Under the pieces are notes generated by a model that worked only from the letters and a program-made list of their open reading frames with translations, was not told the DNA's origin and made no database searches. Shown piece by piece: positions 50,209-61,696 of a DNA stretch of 64,000 bases. This stretch comes from Octopus sinensis. Lineage: Eukaryota. The DNA is taken from assembly GCF_006345805.1 (NCBI RefSeq), contig NC_043014.1, positions 47,616,001 to 47,680,000 on the forward strand, read 5' to 3'. The translations under genes were made by a program, and so were the position numbers. Each line of letters opens with the position of its first letter. Position 1 is the stretch's first letter.

Positions 50209-50489
50209 TCTGTAAGATCACAATTTTCCTACATTTGCAGGATGAATGTGGACGGTGTTTAAGCAATAAATGAATAAATAAATATGAATAAATAAATAAA
50301 ATGTAGACACAGAGTTTCAGGAGACACAGAGGGGATTCAGGAGAGCTGTTGTTCAAGGGAGGGAGGAATAGGTGTGGTCAGCACAGGGCCAACAATTGGA
50401 CACAATATAATAGTGGGGACAAGAGGATAGATGAATAAGTCATGTGGGCATAGGTGGAGGCGGCATGGTAAAAACAAGCATTGAGAAGT

Positions 50490-50522
50490 ACAGGTGGTAG
50501 TAGTAGTAGCAGCAGCAGTAGC

Positions 50523-50589
<67 letters not shown>

Positions 50590-50612
50590 TTAGTAGCAGT
50601 AGTAGTAGTAGT
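50490..50612. repeat. (TAG)n/(CAG)n microsatellite
   Basis: Direct reading. Confidence 0.9.
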
Positions 50613-50781
50613 GGAAGGGGAGGGAAAAGCGGGACTGAAAGATAACGAAGAAGAATCTCTGTTTATATGGAAAGAGTGAACGAGAGAGGAAGGAGGAAAG
50701 ACAAGGAGGAAGACGAGCTGCAACATTCTGGGACTAAAAGGAAAACTTATCTATTAAGCATGGAAATAAAATTATTTTCTA

Positions 50782-51579
50782 CTAGCAGTATCGCCCGGCG
50801 TTGCTCAGGTTTGTAAGGGAAACAACTATATAAGCATTTTTAGAGAGTTATAGCCAAAAAATAGCAAAAAAATGCATCAAAAATGGAAAACAAATGATGG
50901 TAAATTTTTTTTTAAATCGTTGATTCATCGTAGACATTTTTAGAGAGTTACTTCCCTTATATTTAAAAAAATATATGCATTAAAATGGAAAAAAATGATG
51001 GTAAATTATTTTTTAAAGCGTAGACTCATCGTAGACGTGCGCTAATACCCAAAAGGGCTCGATATGAATCACGACTATAAGATACCCGGTTTTGGTTAAA
51101 CTGCACCGCAAAATGTGGGAGTAGTTAGGAATCTAAATCGTAGGAGACAGACACACAACTTCACTTTTATATATAAAGACTAGCAGTATCGCCCGGCGTT
51201 GCTCGGGTTTGTAAGCGAAACAACTATATAAGCATTTTTAGAGAATTATAGCCAAAAAATAGCAAAAAAATGCACTAAAAATGGAAAACAAATGATGGTA
51301 ATTTTTTTTTTAAATCGTTGACTCATCGTAGACATTTTTAGAGAGTTACTTCCCTTATATTTAAAAAAAATATATGCATTAAAATGGGAAAAAATGATGG
51401 TAAATTATTTTTTAAATCGTAGACTCATCGTAGACGCGCTCTTAATACCCAAAAGGGCTCGATATGAATCACGACTATAAAATACCCGGTTTTGGTTAAA
51501 CTGCACCGTAAAATGTGGGAGTAGTTAGGACTCTAAATCGTAGGAGACAGACACACAACTTCATTTTTATATATAAAGA
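50782..51579 (-). mobile_element. Head-to-tail dimer of a Helitron-like element
   Basis: Units 50782-51179 and 51180-51579; junction CTAG|TC on the minus strand with no spacer. Confidence 0.9.
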
Positions 51580-51939
51580 TAATCACATGGAAAATATTTC
51601 TGATTGCAATAATTAGTCAGAAGACTAGTTATTGTAATTGTTGCTGACTCGCTACAACACTCTTACCTACACTCATACCCAATCATGCAGTTCTCACCAC
51701 ATATATTCCCGCACATGTTACATATTAACTAATCCTTCCTTCCCATGACTTCTATCCCCCTTCAATTCCATCTCTGAGCTTATTTCTTTTAAAGGCATCG
51801 AAGTGTATTATCCAAAATGCTCATCAACTACATCTACATTGTTTCATTAGCTTAAAACAGGAAAACTAGGAAATATATGTTTCTCCATGATAATGTGTGA
51901 TATCATATTTCATACGTAAACATTTTGTTTTTATTTCAG

Positions 51940-53420
51940 GATGAAGGAAGTAAAAGAGAATCGTATAGGGAGAGAATTAAAAGATTTCCAAATATAATGG
52001 AAGAATGTGTTGAGAAAGCCGAAGAAGGTTGGTCGCCTTTCTACAAAAAAGTAGAAAATTCGTTGAATAATGATATCTTATTTGGTTTAGAAGATGAGAT
52101 TCGTCAAAAGAACGTCCTAGTATATATTCTTTGGCAGATGAACGAAAAAATCCAAGCTGAAAAATTAGCCAATGAAGTTCGAGAAAAGAAGCCAGATAAC
52201 CTGGTGGCATTAACCAACCTTGCATTCATTCATTTGTACGATGGAAATATCCCTGAAGTAAGAAACCTTTTGGATAATCTAAGCAAGCTTGAAGAAAGAG
52301 AAAATTTCTCGCTGATAGAAGCAGAAGGCAAAAGAAATGTTGCTTATTGTTTAGCTACTATATCTTTTAAAGATTATGAAAGAGCTGTCGAACTTTACAA
52401 AGAGTCTCTCAACATTTGTCCAGACAATTATCTGTGTATGTTTTCTATTGCTTTGTTGCAATATCGTTGTTTAAGAAAGAACATTGATAAAGAGAAATTA
52501 TGTGAAAATATTAAGGAATCAATACAGTACTTAGAGAAAATACGATGTGCTTTTCCACACCATATTGACAAGGCCCTAATGGGAAGAACATTAGCATTGA
52601 TAGGTTTGTTTAAAATTAGTCCTTGTAATTTTCGTAGTCAACCAGCTGAAGAGTATTTTCAGAGAGCTCTTCATATTTCCCCTGATGACCCCTATGTTTT
52701 GCAGAAAAGTGCCAATAATTATATACGTTCATATCAGCATGAAGAAGGAATAAAATTACTTGAAAAAGCAATTGAAATAAAGGCAACATCATATTCTCAT
52801 CATCAGCTTGGATTACTCTATCTAAGAATGAATACACCAAAATATACATATGTCCCAATGAACAAACAATTCTCAGAAGAAACGAATTTATTTGCGAAAG
52901 TTTTAAAACATGCTCAAAGTATTCCTCATATAGAAAGAAATGAGTTAATCAACAAAGCTGAATATCACTTTCAACAAGCTCTTGAACTTTCTCCAGAAAA
53001 TTCAGCTGCTCTATATGATATCATTTTATTATATATGTCTTTGAAAGAATATGACAATGCCAGGAAGTATAGTGAAAGATTTAAAACAGATATCAAAATG
53101 CAAGATGTTAATTTTAACATTTTGTTTGGAAGATTATGTTTTAAAGAAGCAGATGAAAAAATGATGAAGAAGAAAAAGATCAATTAAGACGTACAGGAAT
53201 GGATAGGTTTGTTCTGGCTCTTAAATCTGCTGTAGAATTTCTTCCTTTCAACAAAGACCTGATAGAAATTTGGGAGATAAAGGAAATAATACTTGATTTA
53301 TATGAGTATGGAAATGGAAATACTGAATACAAAAAATTTGTTTTGGAATTCATTCACTCAGTAGAAGACCTTGCCAATGACAAAGCGTTCCAAAATATAC
53401 TTCACAAGAGTGAATTATAA
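51940..53420 (+). CDS. IFIT/TTC22-like TPR gene 2, second exon, with a 1-nt frameshift near 53156-53161
   Basis: About 92% aa identity to gene 1; GATG-A6 versus GATGT-A6 in gene 1 splits it into ORFs 51925-53187 and 53199-53420. Confidence 0.85.
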
Positions 53421-54035
53421 AAGATAAATTGTGTTCCTACTTTCCTTATTACTTTCTTTATTGATAATACTCAACAATATTTTGAAATTCATCGTTATAT
53501 ATATCACGTTTCTGAAGTAATACCAAACAATACCAAATTTTTAAAATCATATAAATTTAGACTACTCCTTTCTTTGAAACACAAACTGAATGTAGCAAAG
53601 AATTCTACAGGAAATATTACTGCCTTTGTTATGGATGTGGCCCTGAAACCAACGTTGAAATGACGTCAGAGCATTCAAAGGACGACGTCATAACTAACTT
53701 TCATTTTGACATATTTTAACATCCCCAAACAGTGAAGAAGTGGCAGAAAATATTGGAATGAATCTAGAGATATACTTTTGCTTGAAAGTTCCATTTGATA
53801 ATCGTGACTACATATTGGGATGATGTAAAACTGGAAACCTTTGCATTATACTGAAACATCGTTGGAATATTGGAATTCTATAAGTAACAATCAAAAATTA
53901 CTAATTTACACAAAAGACACCAAGTAAATCCTTGAAGATTGACAACCTAAGTAAGGACGACATTTTACTATCAGGAAACATGAAGCCAGAAATTCCAAAA
54001 CATTTAAAAAGTTTTCCTCAATTTAAATGGCAATG

Positions 54036-54082
<47 letters not shown>

Positions 54083-54261
54083 ATAGTTTTAGTTTCCTTT
54101 GCAGACTATATTAGTTCGTGTTCATTAGTGTGCAGATCATTTCATGTGTCTGTATTTTGGCAATGTCCTATCTAAGAGTTACTGCTGCTGTGGTGGTTCT
54201 ACATCAGATGTAACTTAACATCGGTGACAGGTCTTGATGATAAACTTTAATACTATTTTAT

Positions 54262-54533
54262 TATGAAAGCACTAAAGAACTGAATGGCATATTTGGCCCT
54301 TGTAAATTGTTTGCCTTTTCTGGGACACAAGCAAATAACTGAGGCAGCAAAGTCTTTCAACAGGGTAGCCATATGTGGAAGAGTTGTACCTTTCAGTTAA
54401 AGGGGCATAAAAGAAATCGATGTAATAAACATCACAGGGGAAATACGTATAAACTTATCATCAGACCCTCGTTACTTCCCTGCACTTCCCATAAAAACAT
54501 GTAAACATTCCACTAACCAAACCACATTAGTTA
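54262..54533 (+). repeat. 3' flank block shared with gene 1
   Basis: See 32735-33008. Confidence 0.85.
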
Positions 54534-54789
54534 TGTATTAAAACGTTTTTACTTAAAGAAGAAAATAATGCGTGAGTGCTATGATAGTAGTAGGATGTTG
54601 AATGGTCAAGTGACCTAAAAGTGATCACTTGACAATTTTAACATCCTACTACTATCCTAACATCCTGCATTCTCTTATTATTCTGTCTCTTTCTTCTTCT
54701 TCGTCTTCCTCTTCCTCTCCGCCACCTCCTTCCTTACTTTACTACTACTGCTGTTTAGAATAACACCTACGAAAATATTATAAACAATA

Positions 54790-55142
54790 GGCGCAGGAGT
54801 GGCTGTGTGGTAAGTAGCTTGCCTACCAACCACATGGTTCCGGGTTCAGTCCCACTGCGTGGCATCTTGGGCAAGTGTCTTCTGCTATAGCCCCGAGCCG
54901 ACCAATGCCTTGTCGTATATATGTATATATATGTATGTGTGTGTTTGTCCCCCTAGCATTGCTTGACAACCGATGCTGGTGTGTTTACGTCCCCGTCACT
55001 TAGCGGTTCAGCAAAAGAGACCGATAGAATAAGTACTGGGCTTACAAAAGAATAAGTCCCGGGGTCGAGTTGCTCGATTAAAGGCGGTGCTCCAGCATGG
55101 CCGCAGTCAAATGACTGAAACAAGTAAAAGAGTAAAAGAGTA
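54790..55142 (+). mobile_element. SINE family A with internal deletion
   Basis: Head, shortened middle, tail. Confidence 0.9.
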
Positions 55143-55535
55143 ATACATTCAAAAGAGATATCACGAGGATTCAATCACAACTACCATCCACAACAATCCA
55201 CTTTCTGGGCACAATACCATTTAACATCCTACTAGGATCATAGCACTCCCATATTATTTCTTCCTCCTCCTCCTTCTTCTTTTTCTCTGTCAAGAATTTA
55301 CTATGACCTTGAACTCCCAAGAGTAAACAAGAGAGACAGAGACAGGCAGAAACACGGAAAATGTCCCTTGTATTTGAATACTATGCAAATATTCTTTTAA
55401 AGTACTTTTCATATAATTTTTTCAAAATTTAATTGTTTTCCATACTTACAGTTGAAAAATTCCCAATGACTGAAACCGGTAATGAAATGTTTTTTATATA
55501 ATTATTTTAGCATTTTCTACTTTGATTTTTTTCCG

Positions 55536-55564
<29 letters not shown>

Positions 55565-55567
<3 letters not shown>

Positions 55568-55675
55568 TAATCCAAACAAGAAAGCACAAAAAAACACAAC
55601 ATTGCAAGGACGTGGAACAAATATAGTATTATTGGATGCTCAGGAAAGAAGGAAAGAAGGAGGGTTTAATGTATA
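55565..55675 (-). mobile_element. Penelope-like terminal fragment related to 35320-35470; hammerhead truncated
   Basis: TTAATCCAAAC...GCTCAGGAAA...GGAGGGTTTAATGT. Confidence 0.6.
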
Positions 55676-55681
55676 TATATA

Positions 55682-55908
55682 GGCGGCGAGCTGGCAGAAA
55701 CGTTAGCACGTCGGGCGAAATGCGTAGCCGTATTTCGTCTGCCGTTACGTCCTGAGTTCAAATTCCGCCGAGGTCGACTTTGCCTTTCATCCTTTCGGGG
55801 TCGATTAAATAAGTACCAGTTACCCACTGGGGTCGATGTAATCGACTTAATCCGTTTGTCTGTCCTTGTTTGTCCCCTCTGTGTTTAGCCCCTTGTGGGT
55901 AGTAAAGA

Positions 55909-55912
<4 letters not shown>
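55682..55912 (+). mobile_element. SINE family D monomer
   Basis: Full length. Confidence 0.9.
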
Positions 55913-55941
<29 letters not shown>

Positions 55942-55950
<9 letters not shown>

Positions 55951-56290
55951 TTAGAGATAAAACCACTATTAGGCAAATCATTGATTAAACCTCGCCAAGT
56001 TAAATATGTAAACCACCTGAAGAATGACTGTAACTCGAAAATTTTAAGAATTGAACAGCCATGAAACGATCGTAGTGTTATATTAATTATCTTTTTTAAT
56101 AATTTTGATATATATTTAAATAATATAAATTAATTAATCTTATGTATAGGCTTAAGTTTTTCATTGTATGATTTGCCTAATAGTGGTTTTATCTCTAATT
56201 TAATATAATATAATATTTTACTATAAAATTGGATTCAATCCTAAATCTGATTTTTCCCTGTAAGTTTGGATTTATTCCCTAATATTTTAT
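55942..56290. mobile_element. Penelope-like unit with a 40-bp perfect inverted repeat
   Basis: Arms 55942-55981 and 56168-56207; (TA)n flanks; minus strand reads KIRFRIESNFIVKYYIILN*, resembling a GIY-YIG C-terminus. Confidence 0.65.
56014..56077 (+). ncRNA. Type I hammerhead ribozyme with canonical core
   Basis: CAC-CTGAAGA-ATGACTGT...ACAGCCAT-GAAAC-GATC-GTA-GTG; helix II pairs at 7/8. Confidence 0.8.
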
Positions 56291-56869
56291 TATATATATA
56301 TATATATATATATACATACATACATTTTATTAACCTTAGCAATTTCACATAAACACATACACACCCACAGATTCCTCTCAATGACTTCTAATATCATCAA
56401 TTCACTGGTCAACATATTTCACTACAGATTGACAAATGTATTTTCAAGTGCATCGATGTGTGTAAACTAGGTTGCCAAACAGACATGAAACCTGATACCA
56501 TTGTTCCAACATTTAGCATAAACTCAATGCAGCATCACTTGGTTAACATTACTTACAAACACAAACAAGCCATTCCAATTTGTTCTCCTCTTTCTTATAA
56601 TATCTCGTTCATGTCTAACCCCAGCCATTTTCCCAATAAATAAAGGAAATTTATTTCATTTCATAAACTGAAAATATCAGACATTTTTCATTAAATATAA
56701 ATTCAAAGATTTGAAAAGAAATTTAATAGCATTGTGTCTACAATATGCCTGTAACAGCACTGGATCTTCCACAATTGACAATAAAAATTAAAATAAAATA
56801 AAAATAAAAGTATACAGTTGTGTTTTATTGTTGTTTTCCTTAAAATTATTCAAAGAAACAGATGTATAA

Positions 56870-57600
56870 GAAGAAAACAATGAAAGATGAAAAAAAAATG
56901 GAAATCAGATGAATTTCTGATGAATTTGATCTCATAGGATACGTATAAGGGAAGGTGATGAGTTGTATGCAGATCTAAAATTGAAGAAACAAACCTTCTA
57001 GACTCACAAAATACTTAAACTAAAATATAAGTGTCATTATAGTGGTGGTTGGCTGCAGAGTTTCAAAGGTCGACGTAACTTAATGTTTCGTGTAGTGTAT
57101 GATGAAAGGTATTCAGTGGACAAGGAAGCAGCCGTAAAAGTATTGAAGAGTTTGAATAATTAGTTTCAAGTAAAAATAAAAGTCCTTGGTGGGTTTAATA
57201 TGCAGATGAGAGAGCATTGTTTTAGAAATGTGCAGCCAGAAGAACATTGACAACTGAGCAGGAAGAATCATCAACAAAGTTTAAATCATCCGAACACCAT
57301 TCTTCTATACTGGATAAAAGTTGCTGGCCATTGGCAAAATATTATGTCTCAGAGCTTTTAGCAGTTTGACTGTTTCCTGAGGTTTATTGTGCCCACAAGG
57401 AACTTTGGATAACCATTGATATCACATTACAAAAGTTTAAAAATTATTTTGTTTTGCAAGCAAAAGCTCCCTGTGTTTCTGCTGGCCTGAACCACAACTA
57501 TAAGGTAATGCATATTTAAGGCAACTGTTCCACACATTCCGAAACAGAACTCCAGGTAGAAAACAAAATGAAGCGTGCTTAGCATTTACCTGCCACTTAA
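56870..57600 (+). pseudogene. Decayed pogo/Tigger (CENP-B-like) DDE transposase
   Basis: SGGWLQSFKGRRNLMFR...SVDKEAA; FN-ADERALF*KC..RRTL; KVMHI*GNCSTH. Confidence 0.75.
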
Positions 57601-58187
57601 AACTGCACATCATTAAAGAAGCATTGGTCGTGAGTATGATTGCTATTACTGTATCCTGCTTTCTGTATATTTTTCTGAAAACTTTTCTTTTAGTTTTTGA
57701 GTTTAGAATGGTCGGTTATTTGAGGGTATGTTACAAATTGTTTCCTCTTAAACTATTTTGTTTTAAGGAAGGCTCAATTCTGTTATTTCCTGGGGGGTTT
57801 TTTTGCAGTTCTTTTGAATAGAAAATCCTGTCGATTGTGACATAAGAAAGAGCAAAACCTTCATCGAGATACAAGAACAACAACGTCTGCGACGATCTGA
57901 AGATGTTTTCGATCGATTCTTGCAATGGCGTACAGCAATGTTATTCTATGACCATTTTCACAAAACTTTCAATCTCCTTTATTAAAGATTTTAATACTAA
58001 CTCCTTAAAATTCATTTGGAATTTTGGCAGTGTTTCTATACATTCAGGATCGAAGTGGAAATCTGGGTTTTGAAAAGTAGCACGGCATGTTTCAGTTCTC
58101 CAAGCACGCTATCTGTCCCTGAGAAATATGTGGTTACATTATTGGAGAGAGAAACAAGTGAAGAAAAAATACGCAGGATGTCTCTAA

Positions 58188-58700
58188 TCTATATATATAA
58201 AACTCTAGTTGTGTGAGTGTCTGTCCCCTTCGATTTAGATTCCTAACTACTCCCACATTTTGCGGTGCAGTTTAACCAAATTCGGGTATCTTATAGTCGT
58301 GATTCATATCGAGCCCATCTGAGTATTAGCGCGCGTCTACGATGAGTCTACGATTTTAAAAATAATTTAACATAATTTTTTATTCCATTTTAATGCATAA
58401 TTTTTCGTGTGTCGATGGCGGCGGAGTTGGCGTCCATGGTCACAGCTGCACCTGTGTTTGCTTCTCCCCCTTCTTCCCTCCCTCGTGAAGCTGTGGGGAA
58501 GGGAGTGTAAAGGAAATCAACGTCGTAAAGCGTTGTCAAGGAGACCAGCGTTCTTTTAGAACGACTTCATGGCTTGAAGACACCAAAACAGAAATGGCTA
58601 AGAAAGCCCGAATTGGCATCTATAAGGGAAGTAAGTCTCTAAAAATGCTTATATAGTTATTTCCCTTACAAACCCGAGCAACGCCGGGCGATACTGCTCG
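58188..58700 (+). mobile_element. Non-autonomous Helitron-like element, long subfamily
   Basis: A|TC start, hairpin, CTCG end (CTAG variant). Confidence 0.85.
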
Positions 58701-59072
58701 TTGCTTATAAAGACAATAAGCTGTGCAAAGAATAAATGAAGCATCCACAATGGAGAGGAATTAGAATTGTCTCTTCCTCTGTTTGTTGGTTTGTGAGTTA
58801 TACGGCAAAGTCTGCAAGAGCCAATCCGGACACACAGGATATTTAAATACCCATAATGATCTTCCACGTGAGAGGCCTACCTGTCAGGCCGAAAACATGG
58901 ATTTTGTTTGTAGACTTGGTGGAGAACTCTATTAGTCTCTCCATGGTTTCATGGGTCAAAGTCGATCTTAAGTTCGTGGGTACAATGAGTTATAAGTCAA
59001 GCTGTCGGCTATGATCATGCCTGTCTAACGAGTGACCAGTCATTATGTATGTATGTATGTATGTATGTATGT

Positions 59073-59580
59073 ATGTTGAGTATTGAGGCGATGGTGCACA
59101 AGCACCGGTTGCGTTGGACTGGACACCTTATTAGAATGGAGGATAGAAGGATTCCTAAGCAGATGCTCTATGGAGAACTTGTGAATGGAAGGAGACTCCG
59201 GCAGAAACCAAGGCTGTGATTTAAGGACTGTGTCAAGTCCTCATTAAAGGCCTGTGATATGCAGGACACTGACTGGGAGAACAATGCCTGTCATCGCCAC
59301 AGATGGAGGAAGCAGGTTAAGGATGAGGATCAACACTTTTGAGAGAGCACGTATCCAGCATGAAGAACTTAAACGAGCTGCACGAAAGCGCACGGCTTGT
59401 ATAGTGAATGGGGAAAGCTTCGTCTGCAATGTTTGCAGTCGTGTATGCTTGTCAAGAGCAGGGCTCATTAGCCACCAACGGAGCCGCAAATGCAAAATAT
59501 AAGTTAGTCCTAGAGCGCACAATGTTCCTGAAGGTCGGCAATGGTCTTCCTCGGTCACGAGTGGACGGCCATCGTCATCA
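59073..59580 (+). mobile_element. RTE-clade LINE 3' fragment (pseudogene)
   Basis: RLRWTGHLIRMEDRRIPKQMLYGEL..., C-terminal CNVC...H zinc finger; one stop and one frameshift. Confidence 0.85.
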
Positions 59581-59869
59581 TGTCAGTAACGTACATATGT
59601 ATGTCTCTTCTGTATATAATTATATAAATTCTTCTTCTGAAGTATGAGCTGATTTCTAACAAAGATACAAATCTCCATCTTTGGAATATAGATGAGGAGC
59701 ATTTTAAATTTGAGAAAAGTCTTGCATAGATTTATTGTTGCGATTACAGTTTGCATTTGGAATGCATGAACCACCTGCTTGATTCCTTTTTATGGAAACC
59801 CAAGCTTATCCATCCTGACAGTTAGGTATTATTTACATACGGAAACAAATGCTCCAATTATTATGGGTA

Positions 59870-60092
59870 TCTCTTTACTCTCTTTTATTCTTTTACTTGT
59901 TTCAGTCATTTGACTGCGGCCATGCTGGAGCACCGCCTCTAGTCGAGCAAATCGACCCCGGGACTTATTCTTTGTAAGCCCAGTACTTATTCTATTGGTC
60001 TCTTTTGCCGAACCGCTAAGTGACAGGGACGTAAACACACCAGCATCGGTTGTCAAGCAATGCTAGGGGGACAAACACAGACACACAAACAT

Positions 60093-60129
<37 letters not shown>

Positions 60130-60292
60130 CGACAGGCTTCTTTCAGTTTCCGTCTACCAAATCCACTCACAAGGCATTGGTCGGCCCAGGGCTATAGCAG
60201 AAGACACTTGCCCAAGATGCCACGCAGTGGGTCTGAACCCAGAACCATGTGGTTGGTTAGCAAGCTACTTACCACACAGCCACTCCTGCACC
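59870..60292 (-). mobile_element. SINE family A
   Basis: Full length. Confidence 0.9.
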
Positions 60293-60616
60293 TATCGATG
60301 TAAATTTGTAATCCGAATATAGAAGTTGTGGGTTTCGAAGCAGTTGTTCATATTTATCTCCTTTTCCTTTGATTTTCAGGGATATTCACACCAGCAGGAC
60401 AGCTGACGGTACATAACTTTTTCTTGTCTGTCCCCAACAATATACAGCCTGATATGTTAACACTTCACATATATTTCGCTGCGACTGTTCCAACCATATC
60501 CCTAGTGCTGGTATTTGTCTACGTATTCAATAACAGGAGTGGGGTGTCTCTATCTTTATTCCAGGACAGTTTTATCTCCGAATGGCATTGTACATTGTTT
60601 TTAGGATCCCTGGTCT

Positions 60617-60940
60617 GGTGGTACATAAAAAACACTATCCGACTCGTGGCCGATGCCAGCGCCGCCTCGACTGGCTTCCGTGCCGGTGGCACATAAAATA
60701 CACCAATCCGACCGTGGCCATTGCCAGCCTCGCCTGGCACCTGTGCAGGTGGCACGTAAAAGCACCCACTACACTCACGGAGTGGTTGGCGTTAGGAAGG
60801 GCATCAAGCTGTAGAAACACTGCCAGATCAGACTGGAGCCTGGTGCAGCCTTCTGGCTTCCCAGATCCCCGGTCGAACCGTCCAACCCATGCTAGCATGG
60901 AGAACGGACGTTAAACGATGATGATGATGATGATGATGAT
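60617..60940 (+). mobile_element. Retroposon family B
   Basis: Modules, body and GAT tail. Confidence 0.85.
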
Positions 60941-61390
60941 AGTAACTTAATGACATTTTGGGGCAGCTGCTAATCACATGTGTGAAGTTTTCCAAAGAAA
61001 TATGACATAATCTACATTTACGATTGCATCTTGGAACTCGAAGGGCTTCACAGTATCTTTTTCTGATTAGGTATTTCGTAGGAATCTCCTGTTTATGGAT
61101 TGCAAATGCATAGCCTTTTAAATGAGATGTGATGCAGCAGTCATGAATCAGTCCAAGAGAGACTTCATTTCACGTCAATATTACTATATTCTCCAAGTCT
61201 AATAAATTCACTCCTTTAATAAAGTCATAGGTGATGATAATATTCAGAGCTATGTCACACTTGCTCAAAAGCACAATGGAAATATTTTCATTCTTTTATT
61301 CCTAATGGTACAATGCAGGAATACCAAGCATACATGAGTAGAGGTGGAACATACGACGGTAATGTTGAATTAGCTGTCATTAGTGAATTG

Positions 61391-61640
61391 TACACAGACA
61401 TGCAGGAAGTAAATAGACACCTTTAATTTTCAAAATTTCTGATCTAAGCATCTTAATATGTTTTCGGCGGTATAGAATTTACAAGGTGCCATTATATTAA
61501 ACATCATCTGCAAAGAGTAACCATGCCACGCACAAAAAATTCAGCAGAACTGTCAGATTTTCAAAGAGGTCGTATCGTTGGACAATCTGAGGCTGGTCTT
61601 AGCCAGTGAAAAATTGCCGAAAATCTTCAAATTCCTCTTG
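61391..61640 (+). mobile_element. Tc1-like 5' fragment, different family
   Basis: ATG 61523: [34 protein letters not shown]. Confidence 0.7.
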
Positions 61641-61696
61641 AATTATAGTGCAATTCAAATTCCTTTAGAATTATAATGCGATTCAAAAGCCTGTGT

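Noticed and set aside
47913-50273. 400-775 aa repetitive ORFs on both strands
   Set aside because: Product of the 36-bp minisatellite; several frames are open simultaneously and the region is intronic in the gene 2 model
58864-58900. GGCCT-loop-AGGCC-GAAA hammerhead-like stem
   Set aside because: Core is defective (GTGAGA) and there is no helix I/III pairing; at most a decayed relic
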